Source: Octopus sinensis (lineage: Eukaryota). From it: DNA of 64,000 nt. The notes under the pieces were generated by a model that was given only the letters and a program-made list of their open reading frames with translations, was not told the origin of the DNA and ran no database searches. The stretch covers positions 47,492,001 through 47,556,000 of the forward strand of contig NC_043005.1 in the NCBI RefSeq assembly GCF_006345805.1, given 5' to 3'. Positions 1-13,480 of the stretch are shown one piece after another. Every line of letters starts with the position of its first letter. Within the stretch, counting starts at the first letter, position 1. Made by a program: the position numbers and the translations under genes.

Positions 1-307
1 CTTTGGTAAGGGAAGGAATGAACATGTTGAACATATATTGCAGCTAAGGAATGTGCTGTCATTTGGTTACCTCAAATGGTGGCCAAAATCTGTGCTATGT
101 CATTACCATGTGGAGGAAAAGTTTATTTTGGAACCTCGTGGTCCTTGGTTTGATTCTACATCATGGCATTTAGGGTATGCTATCTGAGTCAAATTTTTGT
201 GGATAGAAATGCATGCAAAAAACCTGGAAGATGTTTATTTAAATTCGTAGGAAGGGAAGGATTAAACCTTATCAACACAGCAAACAAAAATACCCACCTG
301 ACAGCAG

Positions 308-368
<61 letters not shown>

Positions 369-618
369 GGTGGTGGTGGGTGATGATGGATGATGATGAT
401 GATGATGGTGATGATGGTGATGATGATGATGATGATCATGATCATGGTGATAATGATGATGATGATGATGATGATGAATAATTATGATGATGGTAATGAT
501 GATGATGATTATGATGATGATGGTGGTGGTGGTGGTTGATGATGCAGATGATGATGATGATGACGATGCTGGCGATGATAATGACGACGACGATGGTGGT
601 GGTGGTGGTGGTGGTGAT
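308..618. repeat. (GAT)n/(GGT)n trinucleotide low-complexity tract
   Basis: Continuous gatgatgat/ggtggtggt repeats; the poly-M/V/D/H ORFs here are translations of the repeat. Confidence 0.95.
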
Positions 619-1832
619 GGTTTTTATGATCATTCATTCAATTATCCATTTCAGAGAAATTCTCAATATTACATAGCACATACCAGACATGCATGGTCTA
701 GTTACTTCGTTCTATTCAAAACTAATTTCTTATTTCATTTCTAAATTATTGTATAAGACCTTGAAAGTTTTCTTGGCAATTAATAGAAGATGGAATTTCT
801 TTTTAATCCATTGATTTCTTTCTTGCACCTTTCACAGAACAGAATTAGCATAATAAAACCTTCTTTCGACAATCTTTCTAGGATTTATCTCAGATCTTCA
901 GCAAAGATACCCACCAACATATTTATCAAGATTTTGCTTCGTTGGCTAACATGCTCTGACAGGTCTTAATACCATACGCTTTATCTCTCTACCAATCACC
1001 TGCATTAGCTTCATTTGTCCGTCACATTTCTGAAATTCTCATCAACCAGCCCTGGACTGTCCTTGCACACCTAAACCTAAGTGAGTGTTTGTCCTGAAGG
1101 TTTAACATTAATTTATATATGGTTTAATACAGCTCATATAAACTTCTCATATTAGTAAATATTAAAGAAAATATAAATGGTTAAGTTAATACAAGAGACA
1201 GAATGAATAGATCATATCATTTGATACCATGTAATGTCTTATTTGATATGTCACAATCCTGGGTTCAAATCCACCTTAACTCACCTCAGATTTAGTTTTG
1301 GGAGGCAGGATTAAAGCACTGTGAAGGAGATTTTGGTGTTTGAATAATAAGCTAAGGAACAGTTAAATCTCAAATTTGAACAGCTATTCTATTTTGCTTA
1401 AAAACAAAACTCATATATCAATGCCATTTTTAATTACTGATAGGTTGGATCACAAACTAACATAGGAGCTTCTACATGGTTATTTAACCACGAAAAACAG
1501 CAGTTAAATTCCTCTCAGATCATTGTTGGATTAAAAGCCCATGACCAACCCTTCTAAAACCACAATATCTATTACACCATATCTTTAGTTTAGCACTAGG
1601 TCAATTGAGTGGACCCATGATTATAAACATACCCCATTAACTATTCTATATAGCGCATCAAGAAGTAACTTGTATAGTAGATTATGTCTCCTCACTGAGG
1701 AAGTCTAATAAGGCTGAAACATCGCACCTAGTGATACACTGATATTGAGCAAGATCTTGTGTTTTTAGCATAAGTCTGTATTGAAATGTCACTCTGAGAC
1801 AAAATATTACAGCCAGTGCTGTTCCACATTTA

Positions 1833-2694
1833 TATGAGGGGCATTCCAGAAGCTTAGAGACTTTTTATAGGAGTGGCAGTTATAACTCTCCCCGATTATT
1901 GTAATTGTACTATATCATTATTAAACATCTAATAAGCTGATCTGCCAACTCTTGTTGTTCTAGATTGAAGAAGATGGCTGTAACACGGCTTGTCACAGCT
2001 GACTAGCTTGCAAAATGCATTAAGGACATTTAGAGGGCCACTATGCAATACAGCTTTGTGTTAAACTGGGCAAAAATATTAAAGAAACTTATGAAATGCT
2101 CCAGTCTGTTTATGGATTAATTTTTTCACTGTCACAATTATTTCATGGACAGTAGAGAAGAGGTGAGAGATGATGAGAAGTGAGAGAAGGAAAAGGATAA
2201 ATGAGCATCAGAGCTGGTTGAGAAAATTCCCGATTTTCTGTATGAGGATCATCATGTGTCTATAAAGACAATAAGCATACCATTTGGAGTTGGAGTGATA
2301 ACTGTACACAGAATTATTCATGAAGATCTAAACATGTACAAAATTCATGCAAAGTTTGTTTTTTTTTTCCCAGGGTGCTCTGTGGCAAACACACTGGTAG
2401 CCAACCACTTGACAGAAATGCACATCAAAACTGACCTTCATGCGCACTACAGTCCAGACATTGTTCCCTGTGACTTTCGGTTGTTCCCCAAGCTAAAGTA
2501 GAACTGCAGGACTGTTGTTTTGAAGATGAAGGAGGCTGTGACAAGGACTCGGGCACTTTCATTTGGGAGAACTTCCATGGGGCCTTCATGAAGGAAGAGA
2601 TCTTACTTTGAAACAGATTAGCATTATGCACCTCTTTGAAATTAATAAATGTTTCTTCTGAAAAAGTCTGAAAAATTCTGGAATGCACCTTGTA
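1833..2694 (+). mobile_element. Decayed, internally deleted mariner transposon
   Basis: TA-flanked degenerate TIRs (TA-TGAGGGGCATTCCAGAA..GACTTTT versus reverse complement of the right end TA-CAAGGTGCATTCCAGAA..GACTTTT). Remnants CVKLGKNIKETYEMLQSVYG (N-terminal HTH), ITVHRIIHEDLNMYKIHAKFV and HYSPDIVPCDFRLFPKLK (mariner YSPDLAPxD motif). Confidence 0.85.
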
Positions 2695-2717
2695 TATATC
2701 CTCATCATCATGATAAT

Positions 2718-3180
2718 CATCATCATTCATTTAACGTCCACTCTCCATGCTAGCACGGGTTGGACAATTTGACTGAGGACTGGCAAGACAGATGGCTGCA
2801 GCAAACTCCAGTCTGATCTCGCAGAGTTTCTACAGCTGGATGCCCTTCTTAATGCCAACCATACCAAGAGTGTAGTAGGTGCTTTTATGTGCCACTGGCA
2901 CGGGGGCCAGTCAGGCGGTACTGGCAATGGCCACACTCAAATGGTGTTTTTCACATGCCACCTGCACAGGATCCAGTCCAGCGGCACTGGCAACAACCTC
3001 GCTCGAATGTTTTTCATGTGCCACCAGCACAAGTGCCAGTAAGGCAACGCTAGTAACAATCATGCTAGAATGGTGCTTTTTATGTACCACTGGCACAGAA
3101 GCCAGTTTACTGCTCTGGCAATGATCATGCTCGGATGGTGCTCTTAGTGCTCCACTGACATGGATGCCAGTGATCAAATC
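2718..3180 (-). mobile_element. RTE-type 3' tail element (SINE or LINE 3' UTR) with internal tandem units
   Basis: Starts with the (CAT)n tail and is the reverse complement of the type of 3' region seen at 22400-22710; recurrent GTGCTTTTATGTGCCACTGGCAC-like units about 70 bp apart. Confidence 0.65.
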
Positions 3181-3699
3181 TGATTTCGATTTTGATTATA
3201 TTTATAATGTATACATTATAAATATTAATCACAATGATATTTTAAACATATCTATGATAACATATAGCTTTTATACAAAGTGTATGTACTGTGGAGACAA
3301 GCCTACTCACTATTTTCCCTCCCTTAAAAAATATAAATTTCTTCAAATGTAAAGAGTCATTATTAGCAAAATATAGAAAGGAATTAAGAAATAATTTTAC
3401 ATCACTATCAACTCTAAGCCTATTGAAATAGCAAAAAGTTGTGAAAATATATTAAAGATAAGTAATGAAAATTACATCAATTTTAACCATCGCAATCAAG
3501 TAATTGTAGTAAAATATTTATAGCAAAGTGAAAGTATCACCACTATATTTATAACTGTTAACTTTGATGATGGTGATTATGAGCGGAATGCCATCTGATA
3601 ATAGATAAATAAATAAATATATATATATATTCGCACCTTCACATTCAACCTTGTCCATAAAAAGAGGCAGATAGATAAATAGATAAGTATATGTATGTG

Positions 3700-3732
<33 letters not shown>

Positions 3733-3733
3733 G

Positions 3734-3768
<35 letters not shown>

Positions 3769-3769
3769 G

Positions 3770-3801
<32 letters not shown>

Positions 3802-4789
3802 ATATATATACACATATACATATGTGGTGGGGTTGGGGTATTTAGAAAGAAAGAAAGAATGAAAAAAAGAAAGAAAGAAAGAAAGAAAGATCCTTCTTGG
3901 CCTAAGATGAACCATTTTCTATCACCTAAAGAGTTAATGGTTTGGAAAATTCCAATCTTTTAAGAGCTATAGAACCAATAATTGAAATTATTTTTATTTG
4001 TTTATTTTATGATGGTTTGAGAGTATCATACAGGTAAACAGAAAATATCTCTTAATCAACTCATAAAATACTCTAGATGTTAATGGAAAATAGTCTTGAT
4101 GCAGTTCCTGATGAATAAAAATCATTTTGATCATTTATCTGTATGAAGAACCAACTCCAGTCTGTGTTTTATTTTTATTGAGAAACATTTACTTATCCCT
4201 GAAAGAGTCTATATGGAACTAACAGTGATTGACAGATATATCAAAAATTGTTGTAGAGAAGCTCTTAGTTAAAATTAGGACATTATGCATACATACAAGA
4301 CATGTGTACAAAACATACACAACACACATGCATACTGCAAAATATACATCACACACACACACACACACATACATACGTACTTAAAAGCACTTCATATTCA
4401 ACTCAGAATGCAATTGAAATGACTACACAACACATGAAATTCGACCATTACATTTAAAATACTTCATTAGAGAAATTAACTCTTGGTGGTAGGCTAAATC
4501 GAGCACCTAATTTAACACTATCACCTGACTCTTGGGTGGCTTTTGTGTAGGGGTCTCTATTGCAAACGTTTGGGAAAAGTCTCTTGTTTGAGAATAACTG
4601 TCACCCTTTTCTTACCAGTTACAGAAAACCTGAAAAATTAAAGAAATGTTGAGCCCACCATTACATCCATAACTGAACAGTAAAAAAAAATGTTGTTCTT
4701 GATGCTGTTGTTATTGTTCAACTATATGTGAACCCTGCTCAATTACAGCTACAAACAAATGTTCTGCCTATTATCAAGTTGTATATGCA

Positions 4790-5165
4790 GGATTGCACTA
4801 TTTATCATTTACATACTTCAGTCTGTGGGCATGCTGAGGCAACAGCTTGAAGAATTTTAGTTGAACAAATTGACCCCAGTATTGATTTCTCGCAAAGCCT
4901 GGTAGTTATTCTATCAGTTTCTTTTATCAAGCTACTAAGTCATGGGGACATAAACACATCAAGCAGTGGTGGGGACAAACAAAGACACAAACACATTTAT
5001 ATGCATATACAATGGGCTTCTTTCAGTTTCCATCTACCAAATCCATTCATAAGGTTTTGATTGGCCTGAGGCTATAGTTGAAGACACCAGCCCAAGTGCC
5101 ATGCAGTGGGACTGAACCTGGAACCATGTACTAAGGAAACAAACTTCTTACCATACAGCCATGCT
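4790..5165 (-). mobile_element. tRNA-derived SINE, family B (decayed)
   Basis: Matches the reverse complement of the full copy at 44426-44831 (..GGTTCAGTCCCACTGCATGGCACTTGGG.. head, internal TA/CA tract). Confidence 0.8.
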
Positions 5166-5397
5166 TCAATACATTTGTTTTTTAAAAAGACTATAAGATT
5201 TGATTTGATGCAACTAGAGTTGCTATTTCTGCAAGGTTTAGACACTATGGAGGATCCCACTTTGGCTTATGAAATTAAAAAATAAACATCTTTTGCAATA
5301 CAATTCATAAGCGGGTATGAAATTTGATGGCTGAAGCTAAAAGAGGTGGAATAATGCTGGTAACCTTTATTAGCAGTACCAAATTGGATGAAATATA

Positions 5398-5615
5398 TGC
5401 CATTTAGCATTCAGATTACTCTGTTAAATGTAATGCTTATTTATTGACATTTTAAAAAATTAATTCTGTATTATCTTGTAGCCTTAGGATTTCAAAGATG
5501 TGATTGTTTATATCTTGAATGACATTGCAGTGTAGATGTAAAAATCTGAATTTGTGCCAGTCTGAACTTAAAACAGGTAGAATATTTTGGCTGAACATGG
5601 CTAAATGCTGAAGAG
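5398..5615. mobile_element. piggyBac-like MITE (decayed copy)
   Basis: Homologous to 55242-55455; starts TTAGCATTCAGATTAC and ends AAATGCTGAAGAG followed by TTAA. Confidence 0.5.
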
Positions 5616-6044
5616 TTAACTGAATTTCTGTAGTTGGATTCTCCTGGGAAAGTATCAGCAGAGTTAAGAATGGCAATCGAAAGGATAGTGGATCTAAGCA
5701 ACATGAATTAAATGAAGGATTCAGTTAAGGATTTATGGAGTGAGACTCAGTTGAGATAACAAAAGGAGAAGAGATGGATGTTTTGAGTGTAATTAGGTGG
5801 ATGTTTATGGTAATTTAGAGAAGAAAGAAAGGCGGCAAGCTGGAAGAACCATTAGTCTGATGAACAAAATGCTTGGCAGCATTTTGTTCTTCTTTATGCT
5901 CAAATTCTGCTGAGATCAACTTTGCTTCCTTTTGGAGTCAATAAAGTAAGAACCAGTTGATTTCGAGGGTGGGGGTTTCAATGTTATCAACTTACCTCTT
6001 CCTCAAATTGCTGATCCTGTAGCAAAATAGAAATGATTATGAAT

Positions 6045-6279
6045 TTAAGGCAGTGAGCTGGCAGAAATGTTAGCGCACCGGGCAAAATGCTTAGTGGTAT
6101 TTCGTCTGCCATTACGTTCTGAGTTCAAATTCCGCCCAGGTCAACTTTGCCTTTCATCCTTTTGGGGTCGATAAATAAAGAACCTGTTATGCACTGGGGT
6201 CAATGTAATCGACTTAATCCTTTTGTCTGTCCTTGTTCATCCCCTTTATGTTTAGACCCTTGTGGGCAATAAAGAAATA
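6045..6279 (+). mobile_element. tRNA-derived SINE, family A, with 16-bp target-site duplication
   Basis: GGCAGTGAGCTGGCAGAAATGTTAGC head, B-box-like GAGTTCAAATTCC, central GCCTTTCATCCTTTTGGGGTCGATAAAT (resembles the MetaSINE central domain from memory), tail AAAGAAATA; AGAAATGATTATGAAT repeated at 6029-6044 and 6280-6295. Confidence 0.9.
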
Positions 6280-8061
6280 AGAAATGATTATGAATCTAGG
6301 TAAGACGAATTAAACAAAAGGTTGAGTTTAGGATTTATGGAATGAGACTCAATTGAGATAGTGAGAGGAGAAGAGATGGATGCTTCGAGTGTGATTGTGT
6401 GGATGTGTGTGCTAATTTAGTGAAGCAGGTAAGGTAGCAAGCTGGCAGAATCATTAGCATGCTAGGCAAAATGCTTAGCAGCATTTCATCCATTTTTACA
6501 TTCTGAGTTCAAATTCTGCTAAGGTCAACTTTACCTTTCATCCTATCAGGGCCAATAAAATAAGTAACTGCTGATTTCTGGGGGGAATGGGGATGATGTA
6601 ATCAACTTACCCTCCCCTTGAAATTGCTGGTGCTGTACCAACATTTGAAACTAGTTTAGAGAAGCAAGTGCTGTTGTATAGCAGAGTGCTTTTGTGAGCA
6701 AAGATGTTGTAGTAAGACAGCAAGCAGTGCTCAAATGTAGACTGAATTTGAAATTTGCAAAGGTCTATCAATTGACCATGACTAATGCTGAAATAGTTTG
6801 GTTTAGTGATACAAGGGAATTCATTGTGATTACTTTTTAGGTCTAGGTATTGAAAAAGCAAGTTTTGTCTTCCACCCTTCTTAAGTGAATGAAATAAATA
6901 ATCCAGCATTAATGTTGACTAAATCAGTGACCATAGCTTACTAAATAGTCGTGGTCTTATTCCTGTCTTAAAAATCATACAGGATCTGGGAAAGAAATTT
7001 GATGGTTTTTAAAATTAAAACTCTTTGATTGACACAGCTTGGGTGGGGAGGAACATACAGTGGTGTTGAGTAGCACATGTGATACTATTTCAGTGGCTAT
7101 GAAGTAGTAGAACATATAACATTGGGCTGGTGTAATCCAAATGTTTTTGAAAGAGTTGATTCAGCTTTTCAGATGCAGGGAAATTCTTTTCCATTTTGAA
7201 GTGGGCTATCAAGAAAAGGTTTTTGAACTGAACACATTATTTTTATGGAAAGAGAACAAGAAATGTGCACACTGTCTAAATATCAGAGAATATTGAAACC
7301 CATTGGTGAGTTGTGGTGAACAGTCCCTTTCATCCTGATCAAATTATGGCTCTGCACTGGGCATTTATTTCAGATCATAATACGTAAAAGATATAGCCCC
7401 TTGATTTAAATTTATTTTTACAAGATTCTAATTATGCAATGAATAAATCAACAAGATTGGCAAAGCTGGAAAGAATTTGCAGAAAACATGTTCATAATTT
7501 AGAAAGAGGACACAGTTTTTCTCAGAAGGGACAAAACACATTTCTACCCAGTTGTATAGATAAATAAAACTTCCCCTATCAGCTGGACAACAATCCACAG
7601 CAACCTCATGAGTGTCCTCTTCATTGTGAGCATGTTGCTCTGAGGAAACCTTTGCTGTGATAGGCCCAGATTCCTTTGAAGAAAGTGGGCATGCAGTAAC
7701 AAGGATTTCTTGATCACTATCTGCTCCATGCTATGTAATTTAGTATTCTCAGAATTGAACACATGGTATATATGGGTTTAGTGAGACAGCTCAAGCTTCC
7801 ATAGACATTCTTTAAATAATATTTGCCAACCATGTCATTTCCCAAAGTGGTGATAGGTCATGTGTTCTTTGATCTCCTAAACTGTGACAATCTTGCAGAG
7901 CATTGGGCAACATCCTACATGTAAGGCAACATCCTACATGTACACAGTGTGTAAGCCCCATCAAGCCTTACTTCTGGATGTTTGGGGAGTGTCCAATCAG
8001 AGGACCCACACAGTAACCTTGATTTCACAAAAGCATAGAAGAAACTTCTGCTAAGAACATT

Positions 8062-8367
8062 TTTTCGTTTGTTCCTTCTCGAGCCATGCCTGGCTCATAA
8101 GGGCTGGTTTCCCGGTTTCCTTGACGTATAGGTTCCCCACCTGGCCGGGACGCCAGTCCGTCACAGGTGAGCTGCAAGATGCAGGAGGAAAGAGTAAGAG
8201 AAAGTTGTGGTGAAAGAGTCAGCAGTAGTTTGCCATTACCTTCTGCCGGAGCCATGTGGAGCTTAGGTGTTTCGCTCATAAACACACACACACCGCCCAG
8301 TCTGAGATTCGAACCCACGATCCCTTGATCATGAGTCCACCGCTCTAACCATTAGGCCATGTGCCTC
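8062..8367 (-). mobile_element. tRNA-derived SINE, family C (V-SINE-like centre)
   Basis: Minus-strand head TGGCCTAATGGTTAGAGCG (A box) and GGTTCGAATCTC (B box); centre CCTGTGACGGACTGGCGTCCCGGCCAGG resembles V-SINE domains (from memory). Confidence 0.7.
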
Positions 8368-10372
8368 TACTTGTTAAGAAGTTTAGCTCATGATGATGAG
8401 CTGGCAGATTTGCCAGCACACCAGATAAAATGCTTTGTGGCATTTCATCCATTTATATATTCTGAGACCCAAGTCTGCCAAGGTCAACCTTGCCTTTCAT
8501 CTTTTCTGGGTTGATAAAATAAGTACCAATTAAGCAATGGGGCTAAAGTTATTGACAAGCCCTTTCCCACCAAATTTCAGGCCTTCTGCCTGTAGTGGAA
8601 GAGACTAGCTTATGATGACTTCAATATGACACCCAGGGCATCAAGAACAGTCCATGCTTTTGTGAGATGAATTTTTACATCCTACTCTGTAGGTAGGATA
8701 AGTTTCATATAATTCTATTACTGAGCTGCTAGAAATAGATACCAGACAATCTGGCAATGTTATCTGAGCAGACAGGCATTCCAAATCACCACTTCCAATA
8801 TGAAGCTGAGATAGATATAATGTCGAAAGTTGGAATAACATGTAGAAAGGCTTACCTTATAAATTACTGAAAGGGTTTTCCTGTGTATTTTAAATGGACC
8901 TTTAATTTTACACAATTTTATTGACTGATCCTTTAGGAATAAATACTAAATTGTCTGGCAATGTTTGCTCTCATTTGTTGAATTCCTAGAAGCATGTTTT
9001 CTTAATAGAGACCCATGATAATCCACTCAAAGGCATGAGATATTTACAGTTTTTTTTTCTTTATATTGGCACCTACTTAGAGTAAAGTAGACTTAAGAGT
9101 CTTGAATAAGGATACAATACATAACCAATGATGTTATAAGAACGCTGGACCTTTCAGTTACCAGTTCAGCATACTATCAACTTAAGTAGTTGCACCTCTT
9201 TAAATAGAGGGATCAAGAAAGGAGAAGAGAGAGAGACAGAGGCAGACAGACAGACAGAGACAGATGGAAGCAGAGAGAGACAAAAAGTCAGAAAAGTAAG
9301 GAGAGGGGCTTTGAGAATAAGATAGAGAGAGAGATAGAGAGAAGGAAAGAGAGGATATATTTGTATATGTGAGAACTTGCATGAGCATGTGTGTGTGTGA
9401 GTATGTGTATGCATGTTTGCATGTGTGTGTATATCTAATCTGAGTAGTTTACTTTGGTTATTGTTGTTGTTGTTGCTGTTAACATTGTTGCAATTAATGT
9501 TGTTGTTGCGATTAATGTTGCTGCTGCTACTGCTGCTGCTGCTACTGCTGCTGCTGCTGGATAAATTGAATGAAGGATGCTTAAGAGAAAGGATAAAAAT
9601 AAGCAAGTTCATTAAAAGAGCATAAGAATATATTTATGGCAACCTATTATTTCTACACCCCCCACCACTTTCCATTAACATGTGGGACCCAGTGGTCAGT
9701 TATGGTGTGTTGGATAATACTGCTTAGTGTTCTTAGACTGCTCCCCTTTGTTTACTAAAGCTCCCTTCACCACCCTGTTCCATTCATTGCCCACCCTTCT
9801 TCATACACCTCCACCACCACCACCACCACCACCACCACTACCATCGCCAACATCAACAGCAAATAACAACAACCTCCACTCTAAAACTGCTCTCACCTCC
9901 TCTCCCTCCGTCAGCACCAGCCATCTTCCCATTATAATCTTTCCTGCTCTGACAACCATTTTCTATTGAATTGACTTTCATAATTACATTCTACTCAAGA
10001 AACTAATTCCTATTTTGAGTCAGTTGGTATTTAGTACTGTCAGATTGGTATCTGTCAGAATAGAGTCTGCAGTTTCAAACTCTCCTCTGGGATCATGCCC
10101 GATGAACCTTAGTCAGTTTCCATAGGTACCGTTATATAGTAGTATTGTTGTGTTTGTATTATTCACTAAGTCTTATATCAAAGTGGAAGGGAGCTGAGGT
10201 GGTGTGCTGAGGACGGTAGACTTATTTGGAACTGGAATAGAGTGTGTATATGAGTATAGGTTAATGCATGTATGTGTTTGTGCATATAGATTTATATGTA
10301 AGTACATATGTATGTATGTGTGTATCTTTGTAGTTATTTATTTTTGTGTGTATGTATTAATATAGGTATGTA

Positions 10373-10471
<99 letters not shown>

Positions 10472-11269
10472 TGAATATATATATATATATATGTATGTAT
10501 ATATGTGTGTGTAATTGTATATGTATGTTTTTATGTAAATATATATATGTATGTATGTATGTTTGCATATATGTATTTATATAGGCATGTATGCATGTAT
10601 GTATATATATATGTGTGTGTGTATATATGTATGAAAGCTATGAGAGAAAGAGAGAGAGATAGCTAGTGGGGGGGGAGATAAAACTAGCGACCAGTAACCA
10701 CTAAGCTACCATACTTCACATCCTGTCACCTCTCACCATCACTCCGTCTTTAAACATACATATCAGAAGAAAGAAAAAGGGGGCACAATTGAATGGGTGG
10801 GTTTTGGAGTGTTATGGGTCGGTGTTGGGGCCCGGTGTTGGGGTTGGGGTTTGGATTGGGTCGGTTTGGTTTGGTTTGGTTTCACTTTTCCTTGGAATGA
10901 GAGCGGGTGGGTCAGATCGGGATGTGATGGGGGTGAGAAAGGGAGAAGAAGGGAAGGGAAACAAGGGACGGGTTGGAAGGGAGAGATGATAGTAAAGAGG
11001 TCCTGGGAACTTATGACCCAATGCAATGACCATGAAGGAAATCTTGACCTTATGCCATAAAACAAAAGCAGGCTGGACATAAGAGATAGTGACGGCTGAA
11101 TTCTTTCCCAAAGTGTGGCCAGCAGAGCATACTGACAGAACGGCAGCTGGGGAATGGGTGGGTGGGGGAGGAACATCAATGTCATTATCATCATAATCAA
11201 CATTGGTGGCGGCAGCAGTGGCAGGCAGAAGAATCCTGGAATGAGCATGTCAACTGCCTTGTTAGGATA

Positions 11270-12285
11270 GCTGAGATAGAAAGTGTATAGGATGAGAGTG
11301 AGAGGGGGAGGAGACTGGAGTGAGAGAAAGATTGAGAGAGAGAGAGAGAAAGAGGGAGAGGGTGAGAGGGGATGAGAGTGAGTGGGAGAAAGAGGAAGAG
11401 GTGGGAGAGAAGGGAGAAAGAGATTCAGAAGTGAGACAGTAGAGTGATAAAGAAGATGGAGACGTGGAGAATTTGAGAAGTGAGAGAGAGAGAGAAAGAG
11501 AGAAGAGGTGAGAGGGAGAGAGAGAAGGAGAAGAGAGAGAGAGAGAGAGAAAGTGGAGGGTGAGAAAGAGAGATAGAGAGATTGAGTAATGAGAGAATTA
11601 TTGGTATGACTGAGGAGTAAATTGAGGAGAAAAAAGAGAGACTGATAAAGAAAGAGTATGGGAGTAAGGGAGAAAGAAAGAAAGAAAGAAAAAGAAAGAA
11701 CGAAAGAGAAACAAAAATAGGGCAAGTGTATGTGTGTGTGGGAGAGAGAGAGAGAGAGAGAGGAGAAAGAGAAAGAGATAGACTGCAGAGTGAGTAAGTG
11801 ACAGAGAAGATGTGAAGGCTGCAAAATTGAGAAGTAAGAAAGAGAAGAAAAGAGAGGGAGGAGAAAGACGGAGTAGAGAGAAAGGGGAGAGAGAGAGCCA
11901 GAAAGGGAGAGAGTGTAAAAGAAATAGTGTACTGAAATAAACAGAATGGAATGAAAGAGAGAGAGGGAGAGAAAGAGAGAGAGAGAAGGGGGGAAATGGT
12001 TAAGGAAGAATTGAAATAAAGTGATTAGAGTTTGCAAGAAAGTGGGTAAATGAGAGAAGGAGATGGATTGAGGAGTTTGACAGGGTGATAAACAAGAGGC
12101 AGAGGTGGATAAATTGATGAGAACTGAAATAGAGAATAGGAAGGAGAGAGAGAGAGAAAGAGAGAAAGAGAGTGAGAGAGAGAGAGAAACAGACAGGCAG
12201 ACAGACGGGCATAGATAGACAGGACACTAGGATGGTTAGAAAATCAAAGAAAATGATATACATACAAACATATATATATATATAC

Positions 12286-12356
<71 letters not shown>

Positions 12357-12376
12357 ACATGTACATATATGTACAT

Positions 12377-12415
<39 letters not shown>

Positions 12416-12450
12416 CAAACATATACTTATACATGTGTGTTTATGCATAC

Positions 12451-12503
<53 letters not shown>

Positions 12504-13245
12504 TGTGTGTATATGTATGTATATGTATATGTATGTATATGAATAAATGAAACAGAAGAGAGATGATGGAGAGACAGATGGGACAGAATGTGATGGGGGA
12601 AAAGTAGAATTTGATGAAAATATGCAGATGATGATGAGGTAATGAGTGTTGATGAAGAGGAGGGGCAATGAAAGTGTTGCTATGTATCATAAAATTGAAG
12701 AGGGGTAGGTAGAGATGCTGAAGAAGAGAATATAGAGGTGGTTTTATAGAAGCAAAGTGAGAGTGGGAGGAAAGTTTAAGCTATGGAAATAAAGTTCGGT
12801 GGGATGAGAGAAAATTGATAGTGAGGGGAAGAAGCGTGGGGGGGGATATGAATGATTGAGGGGAGGTATACAAACAGAGGCAAAGGAGGGGGAGATGATG
12901 TTGTGAAAGTGAGTGTGAAAGTGGATGGGGTGGGATATCATGTAGGAGAGTAGAGGGTGTCGGTATAAGAAGAGTAGAGATTGAAAAGGGGAAGCGAGGG
13001 AGGTATGTAAAGTTTGGAGTAGAAGGAGGAGTTAGGTGCAGTGTGGAAGTAAAATTGTGCAATGCAAATTAAAGGTGTTGGAAAGAGGATAGAAGCTAGA
13101 AGTGGTGGAAGATGAGAGAACATGAAAGTGAAAGTAGGAGGGGGATGGATAAAAGGTAGATGGCAAGAAGGATGAGGAGGAGGAGGATAAATAAAGAATA
13201 AAGAGTGAGTAAGTGAGAAGGAAAAGGATAAACAATAATGAATAT

Positions 13246-13283
<38 letters not shown>

Positions 13284-13480
13284 GTGCATTAAACTTGAGA
13301 TTTGCAACTGTGGTGGAGGTGGAGAATTAGTAGAGTGCAGGTATTGATGTTAGTGGGAGGGATTAGTGAACAGTAAATATAGAAGCTGTGAGGAATGTGT
13401 AAGGGATGGGGCAGGGAACAGGTATGCTGGGAATGAAAGGTGGACAGTGGAAGTGCTTAGCAAAAACAAAAAAGGATAAT
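11270..13480. repeat. About 2.2-kb purine-rich (GA/GGA) low-complexity tract with embedded (TA)n/(CA)n/(TG)n
   Basis: Strong plus-strand purine bias; the 424-aa S/L/F-rich ORF on the minus strand is a translation of this tract. Confidence 0.9.

Noticed and set aside
1695-1725. Hammerhead-like CTGAGGA..GAAAC
   Set aside because: Stem II can form but stem I pairing is absent and the ACGU palindrome is mutated; at most a decayed Penelope end.
7100-8020. Complex non-repetitive stretch with faint integrase-like words (PQSN..KRTL)
   Set aside because: Many stops in all frames and no ordered motif set that I can support; needs a profile search.
8300-8367. tRNA-like sequence with A and B boxes
   Set aside because: It is a SINE head continuing into a SINE body with no 3' acceptor stem; not a tRNA gene.
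8856-8880. Minus-strand 25-nt exon candidate
   Set aside because: Good donor but no polypyrimidine tract and an AG only about 17 nt upstream; kept only as weak context for the microexon chain.
10763-12037. 424-aa minus-strand ORF, the longest in the track
   Set aside because: S/L/F-rich translation of a CT-rich low-complexity strand that lacks stops for compositional reasons; no domain.
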